This document shows positions 44,807 to 54,079 of a stretch of 64,000 nucleotides of DNA, piece by piece. The DNA comes from Leptospiraceae bacterium (GTDB lineage: Bacteria; Spirochaetota; Leptospiria; Leptospirales; Leptospiraceae), in the NCBI GenBank assembly GCA_022402465.1, contig JAKRSH010000026.1, positions 112,741 to 176,740 of the forward strand. The letters run 5' to 3'. A program made the translations under genes and the position numbers. The notes under the pieces were generated by a model. The model was not told where the DNA came from and made no database searches. It worked only from the letters and a program-made list of their open reading frames with translations. The first letter of the stretch is position 1; every line of letters begins with the position of its first letter.

Positions 44807-45721
44807 ATGGATGAATTGACAAAGATAAATCAAGAAACCCACCCCATGGATAGATTAAAATCAATCATGGCGACTCTTAGGGGAAGCAATGGATGCCCTT
44901 GGGATCTTGAACAAAATCATAGAAGTTTAATTCCATGTCTACTAGAGGAATCTTATGAAGTAGTTGATGCTATTGAATTAGATGATAAGTCTGGTCTCAA
45001 GGAAGAGTTAGGTGACTTGCTTTTCCAATCTGTCTTTCATGCACGTATTGCTGAAGAAGATGGGCATTTTTCACTAGAAGATGTGATCAATGGAATATCT
45101 GATAAATTAATTCGAAGGCATCCTCATGTTTTTGAACAAAAGTCTGGAGTTGACTCATCTGATAAAGTTGTGACTCAATGGGAGGAGATTAAAAAGCAAG
45201 AAAAACTTTCCAAATCCAATGGACTAGACACCGATGCTTCCGTCTTGGATTCTATTCCCAAATCCTTTCCAGCTATCCTTCAATCAGAGAAAATACAATC
45301 CAAGGTTGCAAAACTTGGATTTGATTGGGAAGAGTGGCAAGAGCCCATTGATAAACTATGGGAAGAAGTATCTGAGCTCAAAGAAGAACTTGATGAGTTA
45401 AAAAAATGGAAGGATGCTCATCATAACCAAACACTTATAAAAGATACTGGTAAAAAAATCAAAGATCTCATTCCAGATCAAATAAAATCAAATATTGATA
45501 ACGAGATGGGAGATGTTTTATTCTCTATTGTAAATGTTGCAAGGCATCTAGGCATAGAGGCTGAGACCGCTCTTCGTCGAACGAATCATAAGTTTTCTTC
45601 TAGATTTCGATACATAGAAAAAAAGAGCGCAGAGTTAGGTAAGTCTCTGAAGCAAATGAATCTATCTGAAATGGATCAATTATGGAACCAAGCAAAACAA
45701 TTAGAATCCAAACAAGCATAG
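44807..45721 (+). CDS. mazG: nucleoside triphosphate pyrophosphohydrolase MazG
   Basis: 304-aa ORF with two MazG-type domains. The first reads ..LRGSNGCPWDLEQNHRSL...LLEESYEVVDAIE...L.EELGDLLFQ. The second has an EExxE-like segment ..EEVSELKEELDE.. and ..EMGDVLFSIVNVARHLGIE... Confidence 0.85.
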   Translation: MDELTKINQETHPMDRLKSIMATLRGSNGCPWDLEQNHRSLIPCLLEESYEVVDAIELDDKSGLKEELGDLLFQSVFHARIAEEDGHFSLEDVINGISDKLIRRHPHVFEQKSGVDSSDKVVTQWEEIKKQEKLSKSNGLDTDASVLDSIPKSFPAILQSEKIQSKVAKLGFDWEEWQEPIDKLWEEVSELKEELDELKKWKDAHHNQTLIKDTGKKIKDLIPDQIKSNIDNEMGDVLFSIVNVARHLGIEAETALRRTNHKFSSRFRYIEKKSAELGKSLKQMNLSEMDQLWNQAKQLESKQA

Positions 45722-46152
45722 ATGATTTAGAGGATATCCAAATGATCTCTTCTATGATTTGGGAGGGAATTGAATCTCGATTTCAAATCCATAATTTAGA
45801 AAACTCTCCTTCCAATTTACAGAACAAAGTGTTCGGTGAAGAATTAAAATGGACGAATCCAGTATTTGAATCCAAAGAATGGCCTAAGAAAATTCAATTT
45901 ACTATCGAAAAAGATTCTCTTCTCGGTCTAAATAATCAAAGTCAGACCTTCCAAATTATTGCTTCAAATATGGGATCTATCACTCTTCGTCCTTTAGATG
46001 CAAAAAAATATCCAATTTTTTATATGAGTTTATGTAAATATTCTGATCTAAGCTACCAATGGGAAAATGAAGAACAGGATAGACTAGAGCCTAATTTATG
46101 GGAGAAATATTTTCTTCTAGCGATTAGAAACTACTACAATAACATAAATTAA
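45682..46152 (+). CDS. hypothetical protein
   Basis: 156-aa ORF in the track, overlapping mazG by 40 nt. An internal ATG at 45742 (MISSMIWEG..) would remove the overlap and is an equally plausible start. No motif recognised. Confidence 0.4.
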   Translation: MEPSKTIRIQTSIDDLEDIQMISSMIWEGIESRFQIHNLENSPSNLQNKVFGEELKWTNPVFESKEWPKKIQFTIEKDSLLGLNNQSQTFQIIASNMGSITLRPLDAKKYPIFYMSLCKYSDLSYQWENEEQDRLEPNLWEKYFLLAIRNYYNNIN

Positions 46153-46227
46153 CATTTGACTTATTTTTAAATTATTAAAATATTTTGATTTTTTTAGTAA
46201 TTTCAAAAACTATCCTAGGAAATTGAA

Positions 46228-47622
46228 ATGAAGCTTTTAGAAAACGATAAACCAAAAGGAAGTATTAGAGAACTTATTCCTATCGCTCTACCAATTTTCA
46301 TTTCCCAAGCTATCGATGTATTAATGGTTTTTAGTGACCGATTCTTTTTGTCCAGACTTAGTATAGAAGATCTTGCCGCGACATTGAGTGGAGGAATTCT
46401 GCAGTATGTATTCTCTACCTTAGTTTTAGGAACTATGGGACAAATCACAGCTTTATCTAGTCAATATATTGGTGCAAAACAAAAAGACAAAGCAATTCAA
46501 ACAGTTTACCAAGGCTTGATGCTTTCAATTGTTTTTGCTCCTATGCTAATATTAATTAGTCAAGAACTTGCATATCCCTTATTTGAGTTTTTCGGTCATG
46601 ATAAATCTCTTTTAGGAAAAGAATTGGAATATTATTCAATTTTAAGTTTTACTATTTTCACAATGTCAATACGAACAACATTTGCTTCCTTCTTCATAGG
46701 AATTGGCAAAACGATTATAGTGACTTTCGCATCATTTTCAGCTGTTCTTATTAATTTACCACTAACATATGCTTTAGTGTTTGGGAAGTTTGGTTTTCCA
46801 GCTCTTGGTATAAAGGGTGCTGCTTTAGGGACATTAATTGCAAGTATACTACCAATTATAATTTTATTGATCTACTTCTATTCTAAAAAGATCCATAAAG
46901 TCTATAATACAAGAATCAAACTTACATTAAATTTTAAATTAATGAAGAAGCTAGTAAGATATGGTTTGCCATCTGGTATTGAGATGATGGTGAATGTTTC
47001 TGGTTTTATGTTTTTTACAATGGTAATGTATTCTTATTCCGCAGATGTGGCAGCGGCTACTACAATAGTATTGAATTGGGATATGGTTAGTTTTATTCCA
47101 CTTCTTGGAATTGGTCAAGCTGTTGGAGGACAAGTTGGAAAATACTTGGGTGAAGGGAATAAGGAGATTGCACTTAAATCTGCGTATTCTGCACTGATAC
47201 TTGGTGTTACATATTCAATAATAGTTACAATATTGTACATAAGCTTTACGCATTCCTTTGTTTCTTTATTTGCACCTGATTATAAACTCGAATCCTTTCA
47301 AAATGTTCTGAATTATGCTACTATAATGCTTAGAATTTCTTGTTTATATCTTTTCTTTGATTGTATTTATACAATCTTAGGAGGAATACTAAGAGGTGCA
47401 GGAGATACTATCTGGGTGATGATAGTATCGAATTTGGCTATGTGGATATGTGCAAGCATTGTGTATTATTCTAAGAATCATTTAGAACTAAGTCCTATTG
47501 GATCCTGGTGGATGCTTACAGGAATGGTAATGAGTCTTGGAATATTATATTCATTTAGATTCTTTCAAAAGGCATGGCTAAATCGTTTGATGATAGATAT
47601 AGAGCCACCGATTTTGTCATAA
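46228..47622 (+). CDS. MATE-family multidrug/sodium efflux transporter
   Basis: 464-aa ORF with about 12 TM helices. The N-terminal pattern ..LIPIALPIFISQAIDVLMVFSDRFFLSRL.. and the internal repeat ..LVRYGLPSGIEMMV.. are typical of MATE/NorM-like pumps. Confidence 0.85.
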   Translation: MKLLENDKPKGSIRELIPIALPIFISQAIDVLMVFSDRFFLSRLSIEDLAATLSGGILQYVFSTLVLGTMGQITALSSQYIGAKQKDKAIQTVYQGLMLSIVFAPMLILISQELAYPLFEFFGHDKSLLGKELEYYSILSFTIFTMSIRTTFASFFIGIGKTIIVTFASFSAVLINLPLTYALVFGKFGFPALGIKGAALGTLIASILPIIILLIYFYSKKIHKVYNTRIKLTLNFKLMKKLVRYGLPSGIEMMVNVSGFMFFTMVMYSYSADVAAATTIVLNWDMVSFIPLLGIGQAVGGQVGKYLGEGNKEIALKSAYSALILGVTYSIIVTILYISFTHSFVSLFAPDYKLESFQNVLNYATIMLRISCLYLFFDCIYTILGGILRGAGDTIWVMIVSNLAMWICASIVYYSKNHLELSPIGSWWMLTGMVMSLGILYSFRFFQKAWLNRLMIDIEPPILS

Positions 47623-47761
47623 TTAGAGTTAAGAGTCACCAGTAATTAATCTTAGATACATAAATAAATTAATGACAATTTTTCATCTATAAAAGAAATT
47701 TATATAATTATAGATCTTAGCTAATTTGCTTAGATATTTTAAAAAAAAAGAGAAATAACAT

Positions 47762-49135
47762 ATGAAGCAATTTTATAATGTTTTATTTGTTTTTGTTTTA
47801 TTCTCTCAGATTTATTGTGTGGAAGCTCCCAAGAATAACATCTGTGACTCAAGCACCCTTGGATTTCAAGATACCTTAATTTTAAAATTTATTATTTCTG
47901 ATTACACACCTCACTGCGGATTTTCTTTATTTGGTGGCAGGACAGTATACTTTGATCCTAACCCAGGCTACTACAGCATGCCTCAGGAATTTTTTATACT
48001 CTCAAAAATTGCTGATACTAAAGTATATTATACTATTGATGAAAGTTATCCTAATCCGCAATCATCCATTCAAGCAATGTCACCGCTTTCTATCTGGTCC
48101 CATGCTGGATTGAAGATTAAAGCCTTAGGATTTAAATCTGGTCAACAAAATAGCGTATTACTTGAAGGAACTTATTCCTACCTATCCCTCCAAACAGGTC
48201 AAATTATTTCTTATTCTGCCAATGATGACGGTGCCACACAATTAGGAATTAAATTTGATTCTTTTCTGCCTACAGCCACTGCTTCTTATCCAAATGATTA
48301 TCTATCAAAGGACAAATCTACTGGTTTAGTTTGGAAATCTTGTTCTGAAGGCCAATCTGGCGCTAGTTGTGCTGGTGCGGTTTCAAATTTAAATTTTGCT
48401 GATGCAACAATTTCTTGTAATGCTTTGAATAATGCTAACTCGGGTGAAGGTTACGCAGGTTTAAAAACTTGGAGATTACCAACAATGCGCGAGTTGCATT
48501 CCATCAATGATGCAAGTAAAGCATCTTTAACTTTAAATGCTCTTGCATTTCCTAATACGGCTAACTTTGCTTATTGGTCATCCACACCTTTTCCAACTAA
48601 CAATACTTTTGCATGGTATGTAGATTTTGTTAATGGAAATTCATATGCTAATACTGCAACTAGTCTTTATCATGCGCGTTGTGTAGCTTCTAAAATTTCT
48701 CAAGCTGCAAATAATTTTCAAGATAATAGAGATGGAACTGTAATCGATAATTCCACTAGACTTTTCTGGGAGAGATGTACCAAAGGAATGACATATAACA
48801 ATGGTTGCAGTGGAAGCTCTTTACCAGATAATTGGAACATAGCTTTGAATTACTGCAACAATCTTACACTTGCTGGAAAGAAATGGAGATTGCCTAATCG
48901 TACAGAACTTTTCTCTCTGGTGGATTTTTCTAAATCAGGAAGTGGTGCTACAATAAATGATATTTTTATCCCTGGAACAGATCCTGCTTTTTATTGGACA
49001 TCCACTTCTTATGTGCCAAATTCTCCAGCGAATAATGCGTGGTATATGAATTTTGGAACTGTATCAAATTCCTTATACGATTTTAATTCAAAATCTGGTT
49101 CAGCTAATCGTGTTAGATGTGTTGCAAATGAATAA
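47762..49135 (+). CDS. lipoprotein with one chitobiase/FN3-associated-like module and two DUF1566 (Lcl C-terminal-like) domains
   Basis: 457-aa ORF. Signal peptide with Cys (SQIYCVEA). The N-terminal module is ..KVYYTIDESYPNPQS...LKIKALGFKSGQQNS.. . Two DUF1566-type units follow: GLVWKSC...WRLPTMRELHSI...YWSSTP...ARCV and RLFWERC...WRLPNRTELFSLV...YWTSTSY...VRCV. Confidence 0.7.
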   Translation: MKQFYNVLFVFVLFSQIYCVEAPKNNICDSSTLGFQDTLILKFIISDYTPHCGFSLFGGRTVYFDPNPGYYSMPQEFFILSKIADTKVYYTIDESYPNPQSSIQAMSPLSIWSHAGLKIKALGFKSGQQNSVLLEGTYSYLSLQTGQIISYSANDDGATQLGIKFDSFLPTATASYPNDYLSKDKSTGLVWKSCSEGQSGASCAGAVSNLNFADATISCNALNNANSGEGYAGLKTWRLPTMRELHSINDASKASLTLNALAFPNTANFAYWSSTPFPTNNTFAWYVDFVNGNSYANTATSLYHARCVASKISQAANNFQDNRDGTVIDNSTRLFWERCTKGMTYNNGCSGSSLPDNWNIALNYCNNLTLAGKKWRLPNRTELFSLVDFSKSGSGATINDIFIPGTDPAFYWTSTSYVPNSPANNAWYMNFGTVSNSLYDFNSKSGSANRVRCVANE

Positions 49136-49162
49136 AATCTTTGAATTTTTTTTGTTATGGAT

Positions 49163-50125
49163 CTAGAGCCATCTGCGTTTCCAGAAATACAATAAGAAGC
49201 TAACAGGAAGTAAGCCAACTAAACAAATAGTTGAAAATAGCAACCAAGGCTCGTTAAACGGGATCATTGTAAAATTCATTCCAAAAAATCCAGTCAAAAA
49301 TGTCAAAGGCAGAAATATGAATGAGACTAATGTCAACTTTTTAACAGTCTCATTTGTCTTTTGAGATACTAAGGAAAAGTATGCATCCAATAAGTTTCCA
49401 AGTAAATCCCTTTCAAGTTCTATTGATTCATGAATTCTTGTTAAATGATCAAAAACATCTCTGAAATATAAGCGAATTTTTTCTGAAACGAACTTAGAAT
49501 CAAATCTAGCCAAATTTTGAAATACATCTCTTTGCGGAGAAAGTGTTCTTTTCATTTTCAGCAATGATCTTTTGATTAAGATGGTGCTTTCAATTAGATT
49601 CTTTTCTTGTTCTTTCCAAAGAGAAGATTCTAACTTTGCAATTTCTTTTGAAATTCCATCTAAAACAGGGAAGCTTGAATCTACAATCTGATCGCAAACT
49701 AAATGTAAAAGAGAGTCTATGCCTGTTTTTAGAATACAAAATTCTGTCATACTGTTTTTCTCAAGTAGATTCTCGATTGCTAGTTCAGGATGTTGGTGAA
49801 TGGAAATTAAGAAGTTTTCATTGAAGAAAAAATGGATCTCTCGAATTTTAATAGAGTTAGGTTTTATAAAGTGAATAGTATGAAGAACAATAAAAATGTA
49901 ATCTCCATAGTCTTCTATCTTTGGTCTTTGGTTTAAATTCTTTGTATCCTCTAAGGCAAGTGGATGAAGTGCAAAATGTTCAGCTAAGAAATTAATTTCA
50001 TCAAGTGAAATAGTTTCTATGTCTATCCAAATTTTATTGTTATTAAATGGAATATCTTGCAGGCTAGCATTTGCTTTGAATTGTGGTTTATTTGATTTTG
50101 AGTTGTATTCTAAGATTCGAATCAT
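49163..50125 (-). CDS. corA: CorA-family magnesium/cobalt transporter
   Basis: 320-aa ORF. It has a cytosolic alpha/beta domain, then two C-terminal TM helices with the GMN signature (FLTGFFGMNFTMIP). Confidence 0.8.
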   Translation of the reverse strand: MIRILEYNSKSNKPQFKANASLQDIPFNNNKIWIDIETISLDEINFLAEHFALHPLALEDTKNLNQRPKIEDYGDYIFIVLHTIHFIKPNSIKIREIHFFFNENFLISIHQHPELAIENLLEKNSMTEFCILKTGIDSLLHLVCDQIVDSSFPVLDGISKEIAKLESSLWKEQEKNLIESTILIKRSLLKMKRTLSPQRDVFQNLARFDSKFVSEKIRLYFRDVFDHLTRIHESIELERDLLGNLLDAYFSLVSQKTNETVKKLTLVSFIFLPLTFLTGFFGMNFTMIPFNEPWLLFSTICLVGLLPVSFLLYFWKRRWL

Positions 50126-50149
50126 AGCGTCTTTTAATTCATTCTTCTT

Positions 50150-51856
50150 TTATTCTTCTGAATAGGCATTCCATTTTTTATAAAAAAGATCGAATTCCTT
50201 ACTTGAAGTTTGTTCGTTTGGATTGTTTTCGTTCAAATCCATTAAAAATAATTGATTTCTTCTTTTGTCTAAAATATATTTCGTATCTCCCTCAATTAAA
50301 CCTATAAAAGTATTTGAATTCCATGTTTTTAAGGGCATCCTGAGTGAATATTTATCGCTAAAAATATCTTTCTCTAAATTAGATTGATCAGTATTGGGTG
50401 TTATTAAATTCTTTATACTAAATCCAATATCCATTAGACCAGCAGATTTAATGGACAACTTGTTCTTGAAGCTACTATGGATAAAGATGCATGGAATTTT
50501 GGTTTCTTGGTTGTAGATTGAATAATTATGGTTATGGAAATTTCTTTCACCAAAGGATTCTCCATGATCTGATAAGATAAGAAATAAGGGTTCTTTCTTT
50601 CTTCTTTGTGAGAAACGATTCATTAAATCCACCAGAATAGTTTCTGTTCTTTTAATGCTACTCTTGTATCTTTCAAGTTTATTTAATTTACCTTTTGTGT
50701 GATCTGGATTCGTAGAAGGAATAAAATAGGGACTATGTGTATTAGAAAAGCCTATTAAGGTAAAAATTGGTTCTTGGGTACTTAGTAAATATTCATCTAC
50801 ATAATCTATTAAAATAGTGTCGTCAATTCCCCAAGCGAAGGTCTGATAATTTAGATTTTTATTCTTTGACCAGGCTTCCAAGGCTCTGCTATCAATTTTA
50901 TTTTGAAATAATTTATTGGCTATATCATCTATATTTTCAAAAGCAAAGCTTTGCGTAAAAATAAAATTAGTTTGGTAGCCTAAAGATTGAAAGAAATTCG
51001 GTAAGGAATTTTGAATCAATTGATTGTTTAAGTTAGGTCTTGTGGTATTTAGTTGAATGGACCCCGTTAGTAAAGTAAAGATACTTTTGCTACTATGCGG
51101 AATAGGTATAAAACAATTTTCTACTTTTTGAATATTGCTTTTATCTATCTTTGAATTCTTCGAAGGAAAATCTAAATAAGAATCAGAGACTCCTTCCAAA
51201 AGAAAAATAATGACATCAGGTTTATCAAAAAGATAGGGATTGCTACTTACCTTAGTATAATTGTCATTATTAAGCTTATTATTGTTTATTGTTTTCTTTT
51301 GGTTTAGTGTTGAGTCGAATTGTATGGAAAGATAGAAAGAAAGTAGAAGTGGAAGCATCCATATACACCTCTTTAAATAATTGTCCTTAGCATCTAAGAA
51401 AGAAAGTACAAAAGACATGAGGAGGCAAATAGTATGCAACCAAATTCCAGGATACACATCAGAAATGAATTCGACGCTGTCTGAATATAATATTGAATAA
51501 TTTTCAATATAATAAATCAAAAGTCCATTATCAATAGATGTTTGGAAATAAATTTCCCAGTAGGATGTGAGACAGATCAAAGAAATACATATTATTATTG
51601 GAATATAAGAAAATATTCCTTTGTAATTCAACTTACTATTCCTTAGGAGATGATATGGAATAGCCATAAAAAGAAAAATACTAGCTATAAGATATAATCC
51701 TAGAGAAACAGAATTCTGTTGAATGCGCCATTGGCTCCAAAATGGTAAAGGGAAGAATGCAATCGCAAACAAGATTATGACTATTAACTTATTATTTTCT
51801 TTTTCTTTTATTTTTTGTTGGAAATATTTAAGGATTGATGTTGTAGAAAAATTCAT
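50150..51856 (-). CDS. membrane-anchored sulfatase-superfamily enzyme (LTA synthase / phosphoglycerol- or phosphoethanolamine-transferase-like)
   Basis: 568-aa ORF with about 5-6 N-terminal TM helices. The extracytoplasmic domain carries sulfatase-family patterns (..VIIFLLEGVS.. ; ..HS.KSIFTLLTG.. ; ..LILSDHGESFGE..). Confidence 0.65.
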   Translation of the reverse strand: MNFSTTSILKYFQQKIKEKENNKLIVIILFAIAFFPLPFWSQWRIQQNSVSLGLYLIASIFLFMAIPYHLLRNSKLNYKGIFSYIPIIICISLICLTSYWEIYFQTSIDNGLLIYYIENYSILYSDSVEFISDVYPGIWLHTICLLMSFVLSFLDAKDNYLKRCIWMLPLLLSFYLSIQFDSTLNQKKTINNNKLNNDNYTKVSSNPYLFDKPDVIIFLLEGVSDSYLDFPSKNSKIDKSNIQKVENCFIPIPHSSKSIFTLLTGSIQLNTTRPNLNNQLIQNSLPNFFQSLGYQTNFIFTQSFAFENIDDIANKLFQNKIDSRALEAWSKNKNLNYQTFAWGIDDTILIDYVDEYLLSTQEPIFTLIGFSNTHSPYFIPSTNPDHTKGKLNKLERYKSSIKRTETILVDLMNRFSQRRKKEPLFLILSDHGESFGERNFHNHNYSIYNQETKIPCIFIHSSFKNKLSIKSAGLMDIGFSIKNLITPNTDQSNLEKDIFSDKYSLRMPLKTWNSNTFIGLIEGDTKYILDKRRNQLFLMDLNENNPNEQTSSKEFDLFYKKWNAYSEE

Positions 51857-51868
51857 TCTTAACTTATA

Positions 51869-54079
51869 TTAGTCTTTAAATTGAACGGTAAATTCTACTT
51901 TTTGCAGTACGGAATCTTTATTCTTTATTTCAATCTTGTGTCTGCCCTTGCTAAGATTAATTCCTAATTTACTATTTTGTCGTACATTTATGTTTGTTGA
52001 TTCATCTAAGAGAATTTGGTAGCTATCTGATCCAGAGAGATTTCGAAATTGAATGGGGATCTTTTGAGAATCTAAGGGAAGTTTGTTGGATAAATAAAAG
52101 ACTTGTCCATTTGAGGGTGAAATAATTTCTAAAGATTTAGAAATTTTATGATCTTGGTGGAATTCACATATCTCAGAAGGATGGAAAGACTTCCTCATTT
52201 TTATAGAGATCATTGGACAAGTTTCACTTGCCCTCATTCCCGTTTTTCTACACACAGAAATAGATTCAGTATGGTAGTACTGGTTCTGAGCTACAGCACT
52301 TGTCGAAACTAAATGGCGCATGATACTTTGGAAGATTCTACCAGCTCCCCAATTGCCTGTAACATTTTCCATGGAACCACCTGAGAAGTTTCCTACCCAA
52401 GTTCCAACAATATAACGGTCGCTAAATCCTATAGTCCAGGAATTTCTAAAGTCCTTTGATGTTCCTGTTTTTAGTCCTATAGTATAAGGAAAATTTAAAA
52501 ATCCACGATCCGAAAAAGCCTTCTTTCTAAGGTCAGAGTCTCTTAGAATTCCAGAAATTTCTTCTGCAGTTTCGCTTGAGATCACTCGTTTTACTTTATT
52601 GACTGTTAGTTTAGTCTTTTCTTGATTGCCAATTTCAATAATAGGCAAATTGCCATCTAAGACAAATGCAGAATAAGCATAGGTTACATTAAACAAGGAG
52701 GCTCCCCCAGTTCCCATTGCCAATCCATGTCCATAATACTCTGTGGATCGATTGAGATGATCAAATCCTAATTTCTCTAAAAATTTACGAAATTCTAAAG
52801 TTCCTATTGCATCAATGGTCCTATAGGCTGGTATATTTCTAGAATTAGCTAAGGCTTCTGCTAGGGTAAGATCTCCCCAAAATTTTAAATCAGCATTCTT
52901 AGGAATAAAAATTTCAGAGGGATTTTCAGAATGTATTCTAAATTCCTTATCTTCTAATATTGAATTGGGCTTAAATAATCCTAAATCTATAGCATGTGCA
53001 TAGAGAAAGGGTTTTAATATAGATCCAGCATCTCTATAGGCTATTGAACCATTAACTTGCCCCGCATCATAATCAAAAAAATTCCTAGAACCAATCATGC
53101 TAACTAACTTAATCTTTGTTTTATCCTTAGGATCAATCTCAAAGACAACAACAGAGGCATTGGACGCTTTGTATCTTTCTAATACTCGTAACTCAGACAA
53201 AACTATCTCATAAATTGTTCTATTTAGTTCTGAAGAAATTGTTGATAAAATATTTCCTTTGAAATTAGGGAATTGGTGTTTCATCCATTCTGTAAAATGA
53301 TAGTTTTCAGCTCCTATTTCTTCATTGCGAAGAGAACTGGGATTTTTGAAAAGTAATCTGGATTCTAAGTATCCTAAATTAACTTCTTCTTTATTGCCTA
53401 GGCTTTGAGAGAGTTCTTGAACTCTTCTATGAAAACTTTCTTCACTAGGATAGTTATTTCTCATTAGTACAACTAGACCAATCGACTCTTCTTTAGATAA
53501 GTACTTAATGTTCTTTCCGAAATATCTTTTGGCAGCTATAGAGAATCCCTCAGAATTATTTCTGATAGAGACTGAATTTAAGTAGGCTTCTAGTATAGAT
53601 TTCTTAGTATAACGAAGATTTATCGCTAATGAAAATAAAACTTCTTTGCACTTTCGTATAATTGTATGATCCCCTCTCCATGAGGGATTTAGTATTCTAC
53701 TCAATTGTTGTGTAATTGTTGAACCACCTCCAATCACTCTGCCCGTGGTAAGAAAATGTTTAAGAATACGCACCAAGGACAGAGGATCTATCCCTGGATG
53801 GTAGTAGTATCTTTTATCTTCAGAAGCTATCACAGCATTTATCAGATATTCAGGAAAATTCTCGATTTGATTCCATTCTCTAAATTTTCCTAAATCTGAA
53901 GACTGATGAAAGAGTAGATTCTCTTCTTGAGAATAGTATAGTGTAGATATATTTTCTTTTAATAAATCTTCAGTAAGAAAAACTCTTAAAGAAAATATGA
54001 ATAAACTTATTGATACAAAGATAAGAGCAAAAAAAGAAATCCATTTCTTGCTCTTAAGAACTTGAATACCTAACATCAT
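51869..54079 (-). CDS. pbpC: penicillin-binding protein 1C (bifunctional glycosyltransferase/transpeptidase)
   Basis: 736-aa ORF. GT51 motifs are present (VIASEDKRYYYHPGIDP, GGSTITQQL, RKCKE). The transpeptidase region shows GSILKP and KTGTS. A C-terminal beta-rich extension is present. The stop of the upstream alpha-2-macroglobulin gene overlaps its start by 4 nt. Confidence 0.85.
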   Translation of the reverse strand: MMLGIQVLKSKKWISFFALIFVSISLFIFSLRVFLTEDLLKENISTLYYSQEENLLFHQSSDLGKFREWNQIENFPEYLINAVIASEDKRYYYHPGIDPLSLVRILKHFLTTGRVIGGGSTITQQLSRILNPSWRGDHTIIRKCKEVLFSLAINLRYTKKSILEAYLNSVSIRNNSEGFSIAAKRYFGKNIKYLSKEESIGLVVLMRNNYPSEESFHRRVQELSQSLGNKEEVNLGYLESRLLFKNPSSLRNEEIGAENYHFTEWMKHQFPNFKGNILSTISSELNRTIYEIVLSELRVLERYKASNASVVVFEIDPKDKTKIKLVSMIGSRNFFDYDAGQVNGSIAYRDAGSILKPFLYAHAIDLGLFKPNSILEDKEFRIHSENPSEIFIPKNADLKFWGDLTLAEALANSRNIPAYRTIDAIGTLEFRKFLEKLGFDHLNRSTEYYGHGLAMGTGGASLFNVTYAYSAFVLDGNLPIIEIGNQEKTKLTVNKVKRVISSETAEEISGILRDSDLRKKAFSDRGFLNFPYTIGLKTGTSKDFRNSWTIGFSDRYIVGTWVGNFSGGSMENVTGNWGAGRIFQSIMRHLVSTSAVAQNQYYHTESISVCRKTGMRASETCPMISIKMRKSFHPSEICEFHQDHKISKSLEIISPSNGQVFYLSNKLPLDSQKIPIQFRNLSGSDSYQILLDESTNINVRQNSKLGINLSKGRHKIEIKNKDSVLQKVEFTVQFKD

